DNA of 64,000 nt from Acutalibacteraceae bacterium (lineage in GTDB: Bacteria > Bacillota > Clostridia > Oscillospirales > Acutalibacteraceae): assembly GCA_045536245.1 (NCBI GenBank), contig JAZSNE010000001.1, positions 36,789-100,788 on the forward strand, read 5' to 3'. Below, piece by piece: positions 29,949 through 39,000 of this stretch. The notes beneath the pieces are model-generated. The model ran no database searches, was not told the origin of the DNA, and saw only the letters and a program-made list of their open reading frames with translations. Every line of letters starts with the position of its first letter. The stretch's first letter is position 1. The translations under genes were made by a program, and so were the position numbers.

Positions 29949-31274
29949 TTATTTCAACTTAAGCTGTGCGTTATTATCGGAAAAGCCTTTGTTATTGGAA
30001 ATTGTGTTGAGAAGCATATCCGTCAGGTCAACCTTAACGCCGTTTTTGGAGAGCTTCGGTTCAACCTTTTTGATTATGAAGCGGAATCTTTTAAGCACCT
30101 TTGCAATCACCTTGCCCTCGGGGGTATCGGTTGAATAAGGCATATCACCCTTGAAAATTGCTATGCCGATATTGCACGCATAGTCCATAAACTGTGTTTT
30201 TCTTAAAGGCTTGTCAACCTTAATCCACAAAAGTCTGCCCAAACCGCCGACTGTTATGCCCGAAAGCAGCTTTTTGCCTGCTTTTTTGAGAACTTTAACA
30301 ACACCTTTGCCGCCGCTCAGCGCACTGAAAATGCGGTGTCTGATTGAGCATTCAAACTGTTTATCAAAAAACTCCTGCAGTTCAAGACCCTTGGTATCAG
30401 CGCCGAAATCGGGCACGTCGATTGTTTCAACGTTCACGGTGTCGCCGCCAATGCTGATTTTTCTGTATTTTGCAGGGCTGCCGATAAGACAGGAAGTGCA
30501 GATGTCTGTTATTTTATTGTTGTTTTCGGAAACGTATTCGTTGATGCTCTGAATATGCATATGACCCGTCAGAATAAGCTCAACGCCGTTATCGGCAAGG
30601 AAAGATGCCGTTCTGCGCCAATCCTTGAGCTTGGCATCACCTACAAGGTCAAAAACGGGCACGGAGGGAATCATGGGATAGTGGCACATTGCCACAACGG
30701 AGCAGCCGTCTTTTTTTGCCGCATCAAGCTGAATTTTAATCCAGCCTTCAAGCCTTTCGTCAACCTTGCCCTTGGGGTTGCCGTCGCTGTCACAGTTGAT
30801 GGCAAGCAAGCGTACACCGGGGGCGATTTCCGCTATATAAGAAAGAGTTGAATCATCAACCGCAAGCGCCTGCGAATAGCCGAAATCGGCATAAAGCTCA
30901 CGAAGCTGCTTAAAGGGTGTGCCCTCAACCTCAATCTGTTCATCGTTGACAAACGCCCTTGATTTTTCGCCGTAATCGTGGCCTGCGGTTAAAACAAAAA
31001 TCCTTTTGCCGGCTTCCTTGAGCTTGTTAAGCTCCTTAACAAAGCTTTTGTGGCTTTCGATTTCGCCGTTTTTGCTCAGGTCGCCCGGAATAAGCACAAG
31101 GTCAACGCTGCTGTCTGCGGCAATTTTTGCAAAGGTTGCTTTAACTATATCACTGCTTTCGAGCATAAAATACTGCTCTTTGCGCATATATTCATCAAAC
31201 GCCTTGCCGCCGGCTCCCAGCGACGGCTCAAAATAATGGGTATCTGTTACAAGATAAAAGTTTACGGGATTCAT
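29949..31274 (-). CDS. Calcineurin-like metallophosphoesterase
   Basis: TDTH, PGDLS, AGHD, MCHYP, TGHMH; start set to MNPVNF. Confidence 0.85.
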   Translation of the reverse strand: MNPVNFYLVTDTHYFEPSLGAGGKAFDEYMRKEQYFMLESSDIVKATFAKIAADSSVDLVLIPGDLSKNGEIESHKSFVKELNKLKEAGKRIFVLTAGHDYGEKSRAFVNDEQIEVEGTPFKQLRELYADFGYSQALAVDDSTLSYIAEIAPGVRLLAINCDSDGNPKGKVDERLEGWIKIQLDAAKKDGCSVVAMCHYPMIPSVPVFDLVGDAKLKDWRRTASFLADNGVELILTGHMHIQSINEYVSENNNKITDICTSCLIGSPAKYRKISIGGDTVNVETIDVPDFGADTKGLELQEFFDKQFECSIRHRIFSALSGGKGVVKVLKKAGKKLLSGITVGGLGRLLWIKVDKPLRKTQFMDYACNIGIAIFKGDMPYSTDTPEGKVIAKVLKRFRFIIKKVEPKLSKNGVKVDLTDMLLNTISNNKGFSDNNAQLKLK

Positions 31275-31447
31275 CTCAATCACCCTTATAATATATAGTT
31301 AAAATTATATTATCATAGTTTTTATGTTAATTCAACCAAATACTTATAAATTAAACATATTTTTTTGTAAAAAATCACCTCGTTCCGATTGATTTTCAGG
31401 CAATTTTATGCTATCATTCAGACATAAAACAAAAGCGAGGTAACAAT

Positions 31448-33595
31448 ATGGATTCTCTGTTTATAAGAATAACTGCTTTTTTCAGCGGCATTCTCATCTG
31501 GCTGGGTGCAATTTTCAGCCATCCGAATATTATCCCCGAATTCCCCGAAGTTAATGAAAAAAGCAAAAACGCATTTGAAGAAGGTGAATTTGAGATGGGC
31601 GAATTTGACATCGTTGTATCGCCTGACGGCGACGATGCAAACGTAGGCTCACTCGAAAATCCCCTTAAAACCCTTGAAGCAGCAAAAGAAAAAGCAAAAT
31701 CCGCTGAAACAGACGGTCAAATAACCGTATGGTTCAGAGAAGGAACTTACGTGCTTGAAAATACGGTTGATTTTACCGCTGCCGACAAAGATAACGTTCT
31801 TTACCGCTCTTACCCCGATGAAAAGGTTGAATTTTCGGGTGCAAAGGAAATAAGCGGTTTCAGCGAATCAACTCTCAACGGTGTCAAGGTCTTTGTGACT
31901 GACGTTCAGCTTGACTCGGAAGACGATTATTTCCGCTCTCTTTTTAACGGCGAAAAGCGTCTTAAACGCCCCGAATACCCCAAGGAAGGTACTTTCAAAA
32001 TCAAAGACCCCAAGCTTGACGAAGCGGTTGCCCCCGAAATTGACCCAAACTTTTTCACACACTCCGCAGTGTTTTATGCTCACACACAAGACGTGCTTGA
32101 TTTTGCAAACGCAGGCGACGTTGAAGTTAAAGTAATGCACTTCTGGTGTGACGAGCATCTGCCCGTTCATTCCGTTGACAGCGCAACAGGCAGGGTGGAA
32201 ACAACCAAGCCCTCATCAATGACCCTCAGGGTTGACGATAACTATATTTTTGAAAATGTTAAAGAAGCTCTTTCCTTACCCGGCGAATGGTATCTTGACC
32301 GCGCTGAAGAAAAGCTTTATTACGTTCCCGAAAACGGCGAAACACCCGAAAACACTGTGCTTTATGCCGGCGTTAACGAGCAGCTTTTCACCTTCAGGAA
32401 TGTTCAGAACGTTTCATTCCGAGGCATTGATTTTATCAATACAGACTGGGAACCCGTTGGCAAAAGCGGCGCTTTTTACGGCAATGTTTTTGACGAATCG
32501 CACCCTCTCCATAACAACATAGAATACAGCGCAGTGCATCCGCAGGCAGCATATGAAACCCCCGCCGCAATTCTTATTTCTGCTTCATCGGGCATCAATT
32601 TCACTGACTGCCGCTTTGAAAACATTTCATACACCGCAGTTAAATTTGAAAACGCTGCAGCCGACTGCTGCATAAGAAGCTGCCTTTTCAATGAAATCGG
32701 CGCAAACGCAGTTTTCATTCACGGCGAATTTGTTGTGCCTGCTTCAACAAGAAACATTGACGTAATCGACTGCAACATCGGCAACTACGGCAGAATTTTC
32801 AACAACGCAATCGGCATTCTTCTCACTCATGCCATTGACTGCGACCTGACGAACAACGAAATTCACGACGGTTGGTACACAGGCATTTCCGTTGGCTGGA
32901 ACTGGGGCTACACCCCCAACTCAACAAACAACATCAACATCAGCAACAACCTCATTTATAACATCGGCAACGGCTGGCTCTCCGATATGGGCGGCATTTA
33001 TACCCTCGGCATTCAGCCCGGCACAGTTATCAGAGGCAACGTTATTCACAACGTCGGCTGCGATGAAGGTCAATACGGCTACGGCGGCTGGGGAATTTAT
33101 CTTGACGAAGGCTCAAGCGAAATTCTTGTTGAAAACAACCTTGTTTATGACTGCTCTTCAGAAACCTTCCACCAGCACTATGGCAGAGATAACATTATCA
33201 AAAACAATATTTTTGCATTCGGCGGCGAAGGTGCTTTTATTATCACAAGGCACGAAGAACACAATTCACTCACCGCAGAAAACAACATCTTTGTTGTTGA
33301 CGATGCAACGATGTATGCTTTTGACGTTGACAGCGATTGGTTCAGAGATAACGGCAACCTTTTCTGGGATTATGAAAGAGGCGGCAACGTTTACTCGGGT
33401 CACACAACAAAGCTTTTTGACAGATATACCATACCGATTGTGATGTCAAAGGGATACTATAATAACGCAGTGTTTGCAGACCCGTTATTCAAAGATGCCG
33501 CAAACCGTGATTTCACGCTTGCGACCAACTCCCCTGCTCTTGAAACAGGTTTTGTGCCGTTTGAATATAACGCAGGCACGATGACACAGTTCTGA
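31448..33595 (+). CDS. Right-handed parallel beta-helix protein, GH141-like glycoside hydrolase
   Basis: VVSPDGDD.N.G...P.KTL start, PGEWYLD, YTGISVGW.WG, DMGGIYTLG.QPGT, GIYLDEGSS, PbH1-type repeats. Confidence 0.7.
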   Translation: MDSLFIRITAFFSGILIWLGAIFSHPNIIPEFPEVNEKSKNAFEEGEFEMGEFDIVVSPDGDDANVGSLENPLKTLEAAKEKAKSAETDGQITVWFREGTYVLENTVDFTAADKDNVLYRSYPDEKVEFSGAKEISGFSESTLNGVKVFVTDVQLDSEDDYFRSLFNGEKRLKRPEYPKEGTFKIKDPKLDEAVAPEIDPNFFTHSAVFYAHTQDVLDFANAGDVEVKVMHFWCDEHLPVHSVDSATGRVETTKPSSMTLRVDDNYIFENVKEALSLPGEWYLDRAEEKLYYVPENGETPENTVLYAGVNEQLFTFRNVQNVSFRGIDFINTDWEPVGKSGAFYGNVFDESHPLHNNIEYSAVHPQAAYETPAAILISASSGINFTDCRFENISYTAVKFENAAADCCIRSCLFNEIGANAVFIHGEFVVPASTRNIDVIDCNIGNYGRIFNNAIGILLTHAIDCDLTNNEIHDGWYTGISVGWNWGYTPNSTNNINISNNLIYNIGNGWLSDMGGIYTLGIQPGTVIRGNVIHNVGCDEGQYGYGGWGIYLDEGSSEILVENNLVYDCSSETFHQHYGRDNIIKNNIFAFGGEGAFIITRHEEHNSLTAENNIFVVDDATMYAFDVDSDWFRDNGNLFWDYERGGNVYSGHTTKLFDRYTIPIVMSKGYYNNAVFADPLFKDAANRDFTLATNSPALETGFVPFEYNAGTMTQF

Positions 33596-33606
33596 CAAAA
33601 AAATCA

Positions 33607-33635
33607 CCCCGAAGCCGAAAAAATCGGTTTCGGGG
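33607..33635. terminator. Bidirectional terminator
   Basis: CCCCGAAGCCGA-aaaaa-TCGGTTTCGGGG between convergent genes. Confidence 0.75.
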
Positions 33636-33642
33636 TTTGGTT

Positions 33643-34575
33643 TTATTTAGGCATTTTGTCTTTATACTGATAGCATTTCACATAGTCCACCTTGAACTCG
33701 GCAGGCCAGTTTTCGGCAGGTGTTTTGCTGATTTCACCGGTGCCGTGTCTGTCTGAATGCTGAACACCGTTATCACCGGCAAACTCACACGAAACCAGAA
33801 GATATTCGGGATTCTGCGAAACTCCGCCTGCATCAAGCCTGCCCGTTTCATAGCCGTTGATATAAAAGATATATTCATTCTCATTCCACTCAACGCCGTA
33901 AGTGTTATATTCTTCATACGGATTATTTTCAATAAAATATTTGCCGATAGAAGCGTTTTGAATTTCAGGGCCGTAGCCGTCATAGATAATTCCCGTGGTG
34001 ATGCAGTCGTTACCCCACCAATTGTCTTTGTAATAGAACGACTCAAAAACGTCAACCTCCGTGCCGTCTTTGCCCGAGCCGTCAACGTTGGTAACGTCGC
34101 CGTTCATCATCCAGAACGCGCTCCACATACCCGTTGCAGCAGGCAGAATGCATCTGATTTCAAAATAGCCGTAGGTCTGCTCGTATTTGCCCTGGGTTGT
34201 TATCTCGCCCGTGTACCAACCCGCCTTGTATTCTTTGAAGTCAATCTCATCGTGCCATTCGTCATAATAGCGGTTTTCAAGCGGCTCATCAAGATACTGC
34301 GCAGTGATAATAAGATTGCCGCCCTCAACACGCACCATATCCTCGTGCCAGTAGCCGCCCTTGCGCTCCGTTACCCACCACGAAGAACCCCATTTTGTTT
34401 TGTCAAGCTCTGTTCCGTTGAAATCATCTCGCCAGACCTCAACAAACTTGCTCATATCAATCTGCTTGGTTTTATCGGGCATTTTGCCGATATCAAGCAA
34501 ATCAAGAAACTGCGGATTAATCATCATCATTATTGAAATAAAAAAGCTGAGAATTGTTTTAATCATTTTATCCAC
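33643..34575 (-). CDS. GH16 glycoside hydrolase (beta-glucanase/laminarinase-like)
   Basis: WRDDFNG..LD..KW, YGYFEIR, WSAFWM, catalytic EVDVFE, VDYVK. Confidence 0.88.
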   Translation of the reverse strand: MDKMIKTILSFFISIMMMINPQFLDLLDIGKMPDKTKQIDMSKFVEVWRDDFNGTELDKTKWGSSWWVTERKGGYWHEDMVRVEGGNLIITAQYLDEPLENRYYDEWHDEIDFKEYKAGWYTGEITTQGKYEQTYGYFEIRCILPAATGMWSAFWMMNGDVTNVDGSGKDGTEVDVFESFYYKDNWWGNDCITTGIIYDGYGPEIQNASIGKYFIENNPYEEYNTYGVEWNENEYIFYINGYETGRLDAGGVSQNPEYLLVSCEFAGDNGVQHSDRHGTGEISKTPAENWPAEFKVDYVKCYQYKDKMPK

Positions 34576-34676
34576 CTCTTAAATTAAAATATCATAGAGG
34601 AAAAATATTGTCAACATATTGATTTAGAAATCAAACGGTTGTATAATTATAAAAAAATAAATAAAGAGATGATTAT

Positions 34677-35555
34677 GTGAAAATTATTGATATTATCAGC
34701 AGCAACGCCCTTATGCTCTCGTTTGAGGTTTTTCCGCCGAAAACGGAAACAGCATTTGAAAGCGTTAAAACCGCAACCGAAGAAATTGCAAAGCTGCGCC
34801 CCTCATTTATGAGTGTCACCTACGGCGCAGGCGGCGGCACAAGCAAATACACGCTTGACATTGCCAAAAACATAAAAGAGCGTTACGGTGTGCCGAGCCT
34901 TGCCCACCTGACCTGCGTTTCATCAACAAAAGAAACGGTGAAGCAGAAAATAAACGAAATCAAAGCGGCAGGCATCAGCAACGTTATGGCTCTCAGGGGC
35001 GATATTCCCGCAGGACTTGAAAACGCTGACAGAAGCGGCTGGGATTATAAGCACGCCATTGACCTTATCCGTGAATTAAAAGAAATCAACCCCGATTTTT
35101 GTATCGGCGGCGCTTGCTACCCCGAGATTCACCCCGAAAGCGCAAATCAGAAAGAGGATATTTTTTATCTGAAAGAAAAGGTTGACGCAGGCTGCGATTT
35201 TTTGACAACGCAGATGTTTTTTGATAACAACCTGCTCTATAATTTCCTTTATAAAATCCGTGAAGCAGGGATAACCGTGCCGATTATCCCCGGCATTATG
35301 CCTATCACAAACGCAAATCAGGTTGACAGAGCAATCAAACTTTCAGGCTCGTTTATGCCTCAAAGATTCAAGAGCCTTGTTGATAAATTCGGCTCTGACC
35401 CTGCCGCAATGAAGCAGGCAGGCATTGCCTACGCAACCGACCAGATAATTGACCTTTATGCAAACGGCATAACCAACGTTCACGTTTATTCAATGAACAA
35501 ACCCGACGTTGCAATGAAAATTCAGGCAAATCTCTCAGACATTCTCGGCAAATAA
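34677..35555 (+). CDS. metF: 5,10-methylenetetrahydrofolate reductase (GTG start)
   Basis: SFEVFPPK, SVTYGAGG, AHLTC, ALRGD, YPEIH, TQMFFD, PGIMPI, HVYSMN. Confidence 0.96.
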   Translation: MKIIDIISSNALMLSFEVFPPKTETAFESVKTATEEIAKLRPSFMSVTYGAGGGTSKYTLDIAKNIKERYGVPSLAHLTCVSSTKETVKQKINEIKAAGISNVMALRGDIPAGLENADRSGWDYKHAIDLIRELKEINPDFCIGGACYPEIHPESANQKEDIFYLKEKVDAGCDFLTTQMFFDNNLLYNFLYKIREAGITVPIIPGIMPITNANQVDRAIKLSGSFMPQRFKSLVDKFGSDPAAMKQAGIAYATDQIIDLYANGITNVHVYSMNKPDVAMKIQANLSDILGK

Positions 35556-35622
35556 AGCTTTGCTGACAAAAGACGTTTTTGTTTTTTATTTAAAATTTAG
35601 CTAAAAATAAGGAGATGTTTAT

Positions 35623-36699
35623 ATGAAATATCGATGGTGCTTTTCAAAACTGGTATCAGACCCGTCACCGCTTCGTGAATTCATTTGCGAAGAAACAGAC
35701 ATCGGCTTTGTTATTGAGTTTGAAGACAAAGATGCTGCCGAAATTTATGACAGACATCTTCGTTCGGAAATTGACAGCGAATCCCGTGGGTTTTTTAGAC
35801 GCTTTGAAAACCGTGGAGGTTGCAGTGTGTTCTGCTGTTCGGTTGAAAACGGAATGATATACAGCATTTCTCCCGACGGTTTAAAATCCACAGGTCAAAA
35901 AACTTCATTAAAAAAACGGCTAAAACAAATTGAAAAGTATCACAGAATAATGACCGCTCGGAACAAAGACGCTGACAGCAAGGTTGCCCGTATTCCATGC
36001 ACACAATCGGTTTCAAAGCCGACCGTTTCTAAATTCAAGCGTTATGAATTCATCAGCAAAGAGCATAAATTCGTTATTCCCTACCATTTCAAGCCTGCAA
36101 AAAAACCTGACCAACCTCTTGTTATTTTTGCATACGGTCTCGGAGGTTTAAAGCGCTTTCATTTATGGAGCAAGCTTAAAAAGCGTGATTGCTCCGTGCT
36201 TGTTCTTGACTATATCAAAACTGATTTTTTCGGAAAAAGAGGCTTATTTGAATCTGTTGACGCTACAAAACAGCTTACAGACAGCCTTTGCGAGAAATAT
36301 AATGCCGACAAAAACAGAATATATTTCACAGGTATTTCGGGCGGCGGCAGAATCGCCTGGATTTCCGCTTACAAATACCCCGAATATTACGCCTGTATTG
36401 TTCCTGCCATGGGTTCGTTAACCGTAGGCGAAGAGCCTGATTACGAAAGGCTGAAAAACGTTCCGATATGGATTGCGCAAGCAGAGGATGATAAAATTGC
36501 GTCTCCTTTGCTAAATGACGAAGCCTATGACGCCCTTAAAAAAATCGGCGGCAACGTAAAATACACACGCTATGAAAAAGGCGGACACGGTATTTCGCCA
36601 AAATTCTTTAAAAACGAAAACTGGGACGAATGGATGTTCAGCCAGAGCCTTGAAAACAGAAGTATCCTCAACTGCTCTGTCGGAGGGGAACAACTATGA
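35623..36699 (+). CDS. Alpha/beta hydrolase (predicted esterase/peptidase) with unknown N-terminal domain, paralog 1
   Basis: RIYFTGISGGG nucleophile elbow, VPIWIAQAEDD, KYTRYEKGGHG. Confidence 0.75.
   Translation: MKYRWCFSKLVSDPSPLREFICEETDIGFVIEFEDKDAAEIYDRHLRSEIDSESRGFFRRFENRGGCSVFCCSVENGMIYSISPDGLKSTGQKTSLKKRLKQIEKYHRIMTARNKDADSKVARIPCTQSVSKPTVSKFKRYEFISKEHKFVIPYHFKPAKKPDQPLVIFAYGLGGLKRFHLWSKLKKRDCSVLVLDYIKTDFFGKRGLFESVDATKQLTDSLCEKYNADKNRIYFTGISGGGRIAWISAYKYPEYYACIVPAMGSLTVGEEPDYERLKNVPIWIAQAEDDKIASPLLNDEAYDALKKIGGNVKYTRYEKGGHGISPKFFKNENWDEWMFSQSLENRSILNCSVGGEQL
36547..36660 (+). repeat. 114-bp direct repeat, copy 1 (3' end of esterase 1)
   Basis: 113/114 identical to 37608-37721. Confidence 0.95.
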
Positions 36700-37724
36700 A
36701 TTTTCGGATTGTGTTCCCCAACCACAGCGCTTATGATTTCTCTGCTCTCGGCAGGTTCGTGTTTCTTTCAAATAAGAAGTATTCTATTATACAATTCAGC
36801 CAAAAGGATATAGCGGACTTTTTAAAACTTTATCCCGACTGTTTTAAAGATGAAGAGGAAAAAGCTTATATAATTGCAAATCTCGGCGAAGGTGTATCTT
36901 GCATAGGCGATGACGGCTTCTGTTATATTGTTAAACCTGAAGATGCACAAAAAACCGATTTCAAAGCATCCGTATGCAAAGAAATCCAAAAGGCAAAAAA
37001 GCTTTATCGAATGTTAATAACTGGCTATGATGCAAATGAAAGCCTTCTTTCCTCGGCAAATGAAACTCATCTTTCCGTTAAACCGTCAAGCACCTTTTTT
37101 AAAAAATCCGTTTACGTCAACAAAGAGAACGATTATGCTCTTGGGTTCTGTTTTAAACAAAGCAAGAAAGAAAACCAACCTCTTGTTATTATCCTTTGCG
37201 GAAAAAGATTTGTGCGTTCTCACCTTTGGCACAGGCTGAAAAAGCACGATTGCTCCGTTCTTATTCCTCAAATGCCGGCACCGAAGCTCCACGGCAAATT
37301 CAGCTATACGCATTTTCCTGATGCCCTCATAGCACTGACAGAGTTAATCTGCAATAAATATAAAACAGATAAAAACCGAATTTATATTTCAGGCGTTTCT
37401 GCAGGTGCAGAAATCACCTGGCTTTGCATTCACAGATTTCCCGATTTTTTTGCCTGCGGAATACCTGTTATGGGCGCAACGACCGCAACAGATAAGCTCG
37501 ATTACGGAAGATTCAAAAGCACACCCCTTTGGGTTGTTCACGCCGAAAACGATAAAGTTGTCCGCATTGATTTCAATGACCAAAGTGTTAAGGAAATCCT
37601 TGCACTTGGCGGCAACGTAAAATACACACGCTATGAAAAAGGCGGACACGGTATTTCGCCAAAATTCTTTAAAAACGAAAACTGGGATGAATGGATGTTC
37701 AGCCAGAGCCTTGAAAACAGATAA
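36696..37724 (+). CDS. Alpha/beta hydrolase, paralog 2
   Basis: RIYISGVSAGA, TPLWVVHAEND, KYTRYEKGGHG; ATGA overlap with paralog 1. Confidence 0.75.
   Translation: MNFRIVFPNHSAYDFSALGRFVFLSNKKYSIIQFSQKDIADFLKLYPDCFKDEEEKAYIIANLGEGVSCIGDDGFCYIVKPEDAQKTDFKASVCKEIQKAKKLYRMLITGYDANESLLSSANETHLSVKPSSTFFKKSVYVNKENDYALGFCFKQSKKENQPLVIILCGKRFVRSHLWHRLKKHDCSVLIPQMPAPKLHGKFSYTHFPDALIALTELICNKYKTDKNRIYISGVSAGAEITWLCIHRFPDFFACGIPVMGATTATDKLDYGRFKSTPLWVVHAENDKVVRIDFNDQSVKEILALGGNVKYTRYEKGGHGISPKFFKNENWDEWMFSQSLENR
37608..37721 (+). repeat. 114-bp direct repeat, copy 2 (3' end of esterase 2)
   Basis: One C/T difference from copy 1. Confidence 0.95.
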
Positions 37725-37730
37725 GAAAGA

Positions 37731-37760
37731 GGGACTGTATCAAAAGAATGATACAGTCCC
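37731..37760. terminator. Bidirectional terminator
   Basis: Perfect 12-bp stem GGGACTGTATCA-aaagaa-TGATACAGTCCC. Confidence 0.8.
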
Positions 37761-37766
37761 TTGATT

Positions 37767-38996
37767 TTATTTTGCTTTTCTCTGCTGTCCGTAAAGAACG
37801 TCAACGTTCTTTTTGAAAAGCAGCCAGTCATATTTGGGCTTCCAATTTTCGCCAAGGTCAACGGAAGCCTCAAGCTTTTCTTCGGACTCTGCTTCAACGC
37901 AAATCTGAGCGATGCCCTTCAGATTACCGTCCTCTTTAAAAACCGTGTCCCAGAATGCGTGATGGCCGATATAGGTTACGCTATCGGGGATATAGAGATA
38001 TTCCATCTCACGGTTATAGCTGAAAGCATCGGAGCCGATATACTTGAGTCCGTCGGGCAGTGAAAGATAAACCTCGCCAAGAGTTTCTTCACCCGTGAAG
38101 TGAGAATCGGCAACGTTTTCGCCCTTATAGGAATAAACGTTTTTCAGCGGCGGAATCTTGAAGAAAGCCAGAGTTTCAATTGTTTCAAGTCCCTCGGGCA
38201 GATAAACGTTTTTCATATTGGCATAGTTGAACGCCATTTCGCCGATTGTTTTAACGCTCGAAGGCACAACAAAGGTCATAACGTCTTTTTCATACTGTGC
38301 GTATCTCGGGTCTTCGGGTGCAAACTCAATACGCCAGCCGTTTTCATCATATTCTGCCAGACCGTGTTTTTCTGCAAGATAGGTGTCGTGGTCGCAGGGT
38401 CGGAAAATGAGCACGGTTTTGTCTTTGTTATAGAGAACGCCGTCAACGTCGCAATAGTTGGGGTTGTTTTCGTCAACGTCAACCTCACGCAGTGCCCAGC
38501 AGGAATAGAAAGCCTTGGGGTCAATCTTTTTAACGCCTGCGCCGATGGTGATTTTTTGCACCTTTTCGTCGCAGTTAAGCACGTAAGCACCAATTTCAAC
38601 AATGGGCTTCGACTTATCTTTGACTATCTCAAAATTCTCGTTGGGGTCGGAATTGCCGAGCTCATATTTTACGTCAAGAGCATAATCAATTTCAAGCTCC
38701 GTTATGTAACCCGTGTTGCTGAAACGGGCAAACTTATAGCCGCCGTCAACCTTCTCATATTCAAAGGTTTCCTTCATAAGAGCCATAACACTGAAGGCAA
38801 CCGAAAGAGCAACAGCCACAACGATAACCAGCACAAACAGCACCTTTTTGATGGCGTAATGCTTGGGTGTGACGCCGATTCTGGGTGCGGCAAGACCCTT
38901 TATCTGATAAGTCCATATATCCTCTTCGGGGATGTCAAGCCTGATTTCTTCAACCTGGTCTGCAGGCTTCTTTTCTTTTTTATTCACGCTTGCCAC
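37767..38996 (-). CDS. Membrane-anchored BspA-type leucine-rich repeat protein (GTG start)
   Basis: One TM helix near N-terminus; repeats ITIGAGVKKIDPKAF, VPSSVKTIGEMAF, LPEGLETIETLAF, IPDSVTYIGHHAF; DVDGVLYNKDKT. Confidence 0.85.
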   Translation of the reverse strand: MASVNKKEKKPADQVEEIRLDIPEEDIWTYQIKGLAAPRIGVTPKHYAIKKVLFVLVIVVAVALSVAFSVMALMKETFEYEKVDGGYKFARFSNTGYITELEIDYALDVKYELGNSDPNENFEIVKDKSKPIVEIGAYVLNCDEKVQKITIGAGVKKIDPKAFYSCWALREVDVDENNPNYCDVDGVLYNKDKTVLIFRPCDHDTYLAEKHGLAEYDENGWRIEFAPEDPRYAQYEKDVMTFVVPSSVKTIGEMAFNYANMKNVYLPEGLETIETLAFFKIPPLKNVYSYKGENVADSHFTGEETLGEVYLSLPDGLKYIGSDAFSYNREMEYLYIPDSVTYIGHHAFWDTVFKEDGNLKGIAQICVEAESEEKLEASVDLGENWKPKYDWLLFKKNVDVLYGQQRKAK

Positions 38997-39000
38997 CTCC

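Noticed and set aside
34576-34676. SAM riboswitch before metF (and lysine riboswitch before lysA)
   Set aside because: The intergenic region is about 100 bp, AT-rich and without S-box motifs; lysA has only a 27-nt upstream gap.
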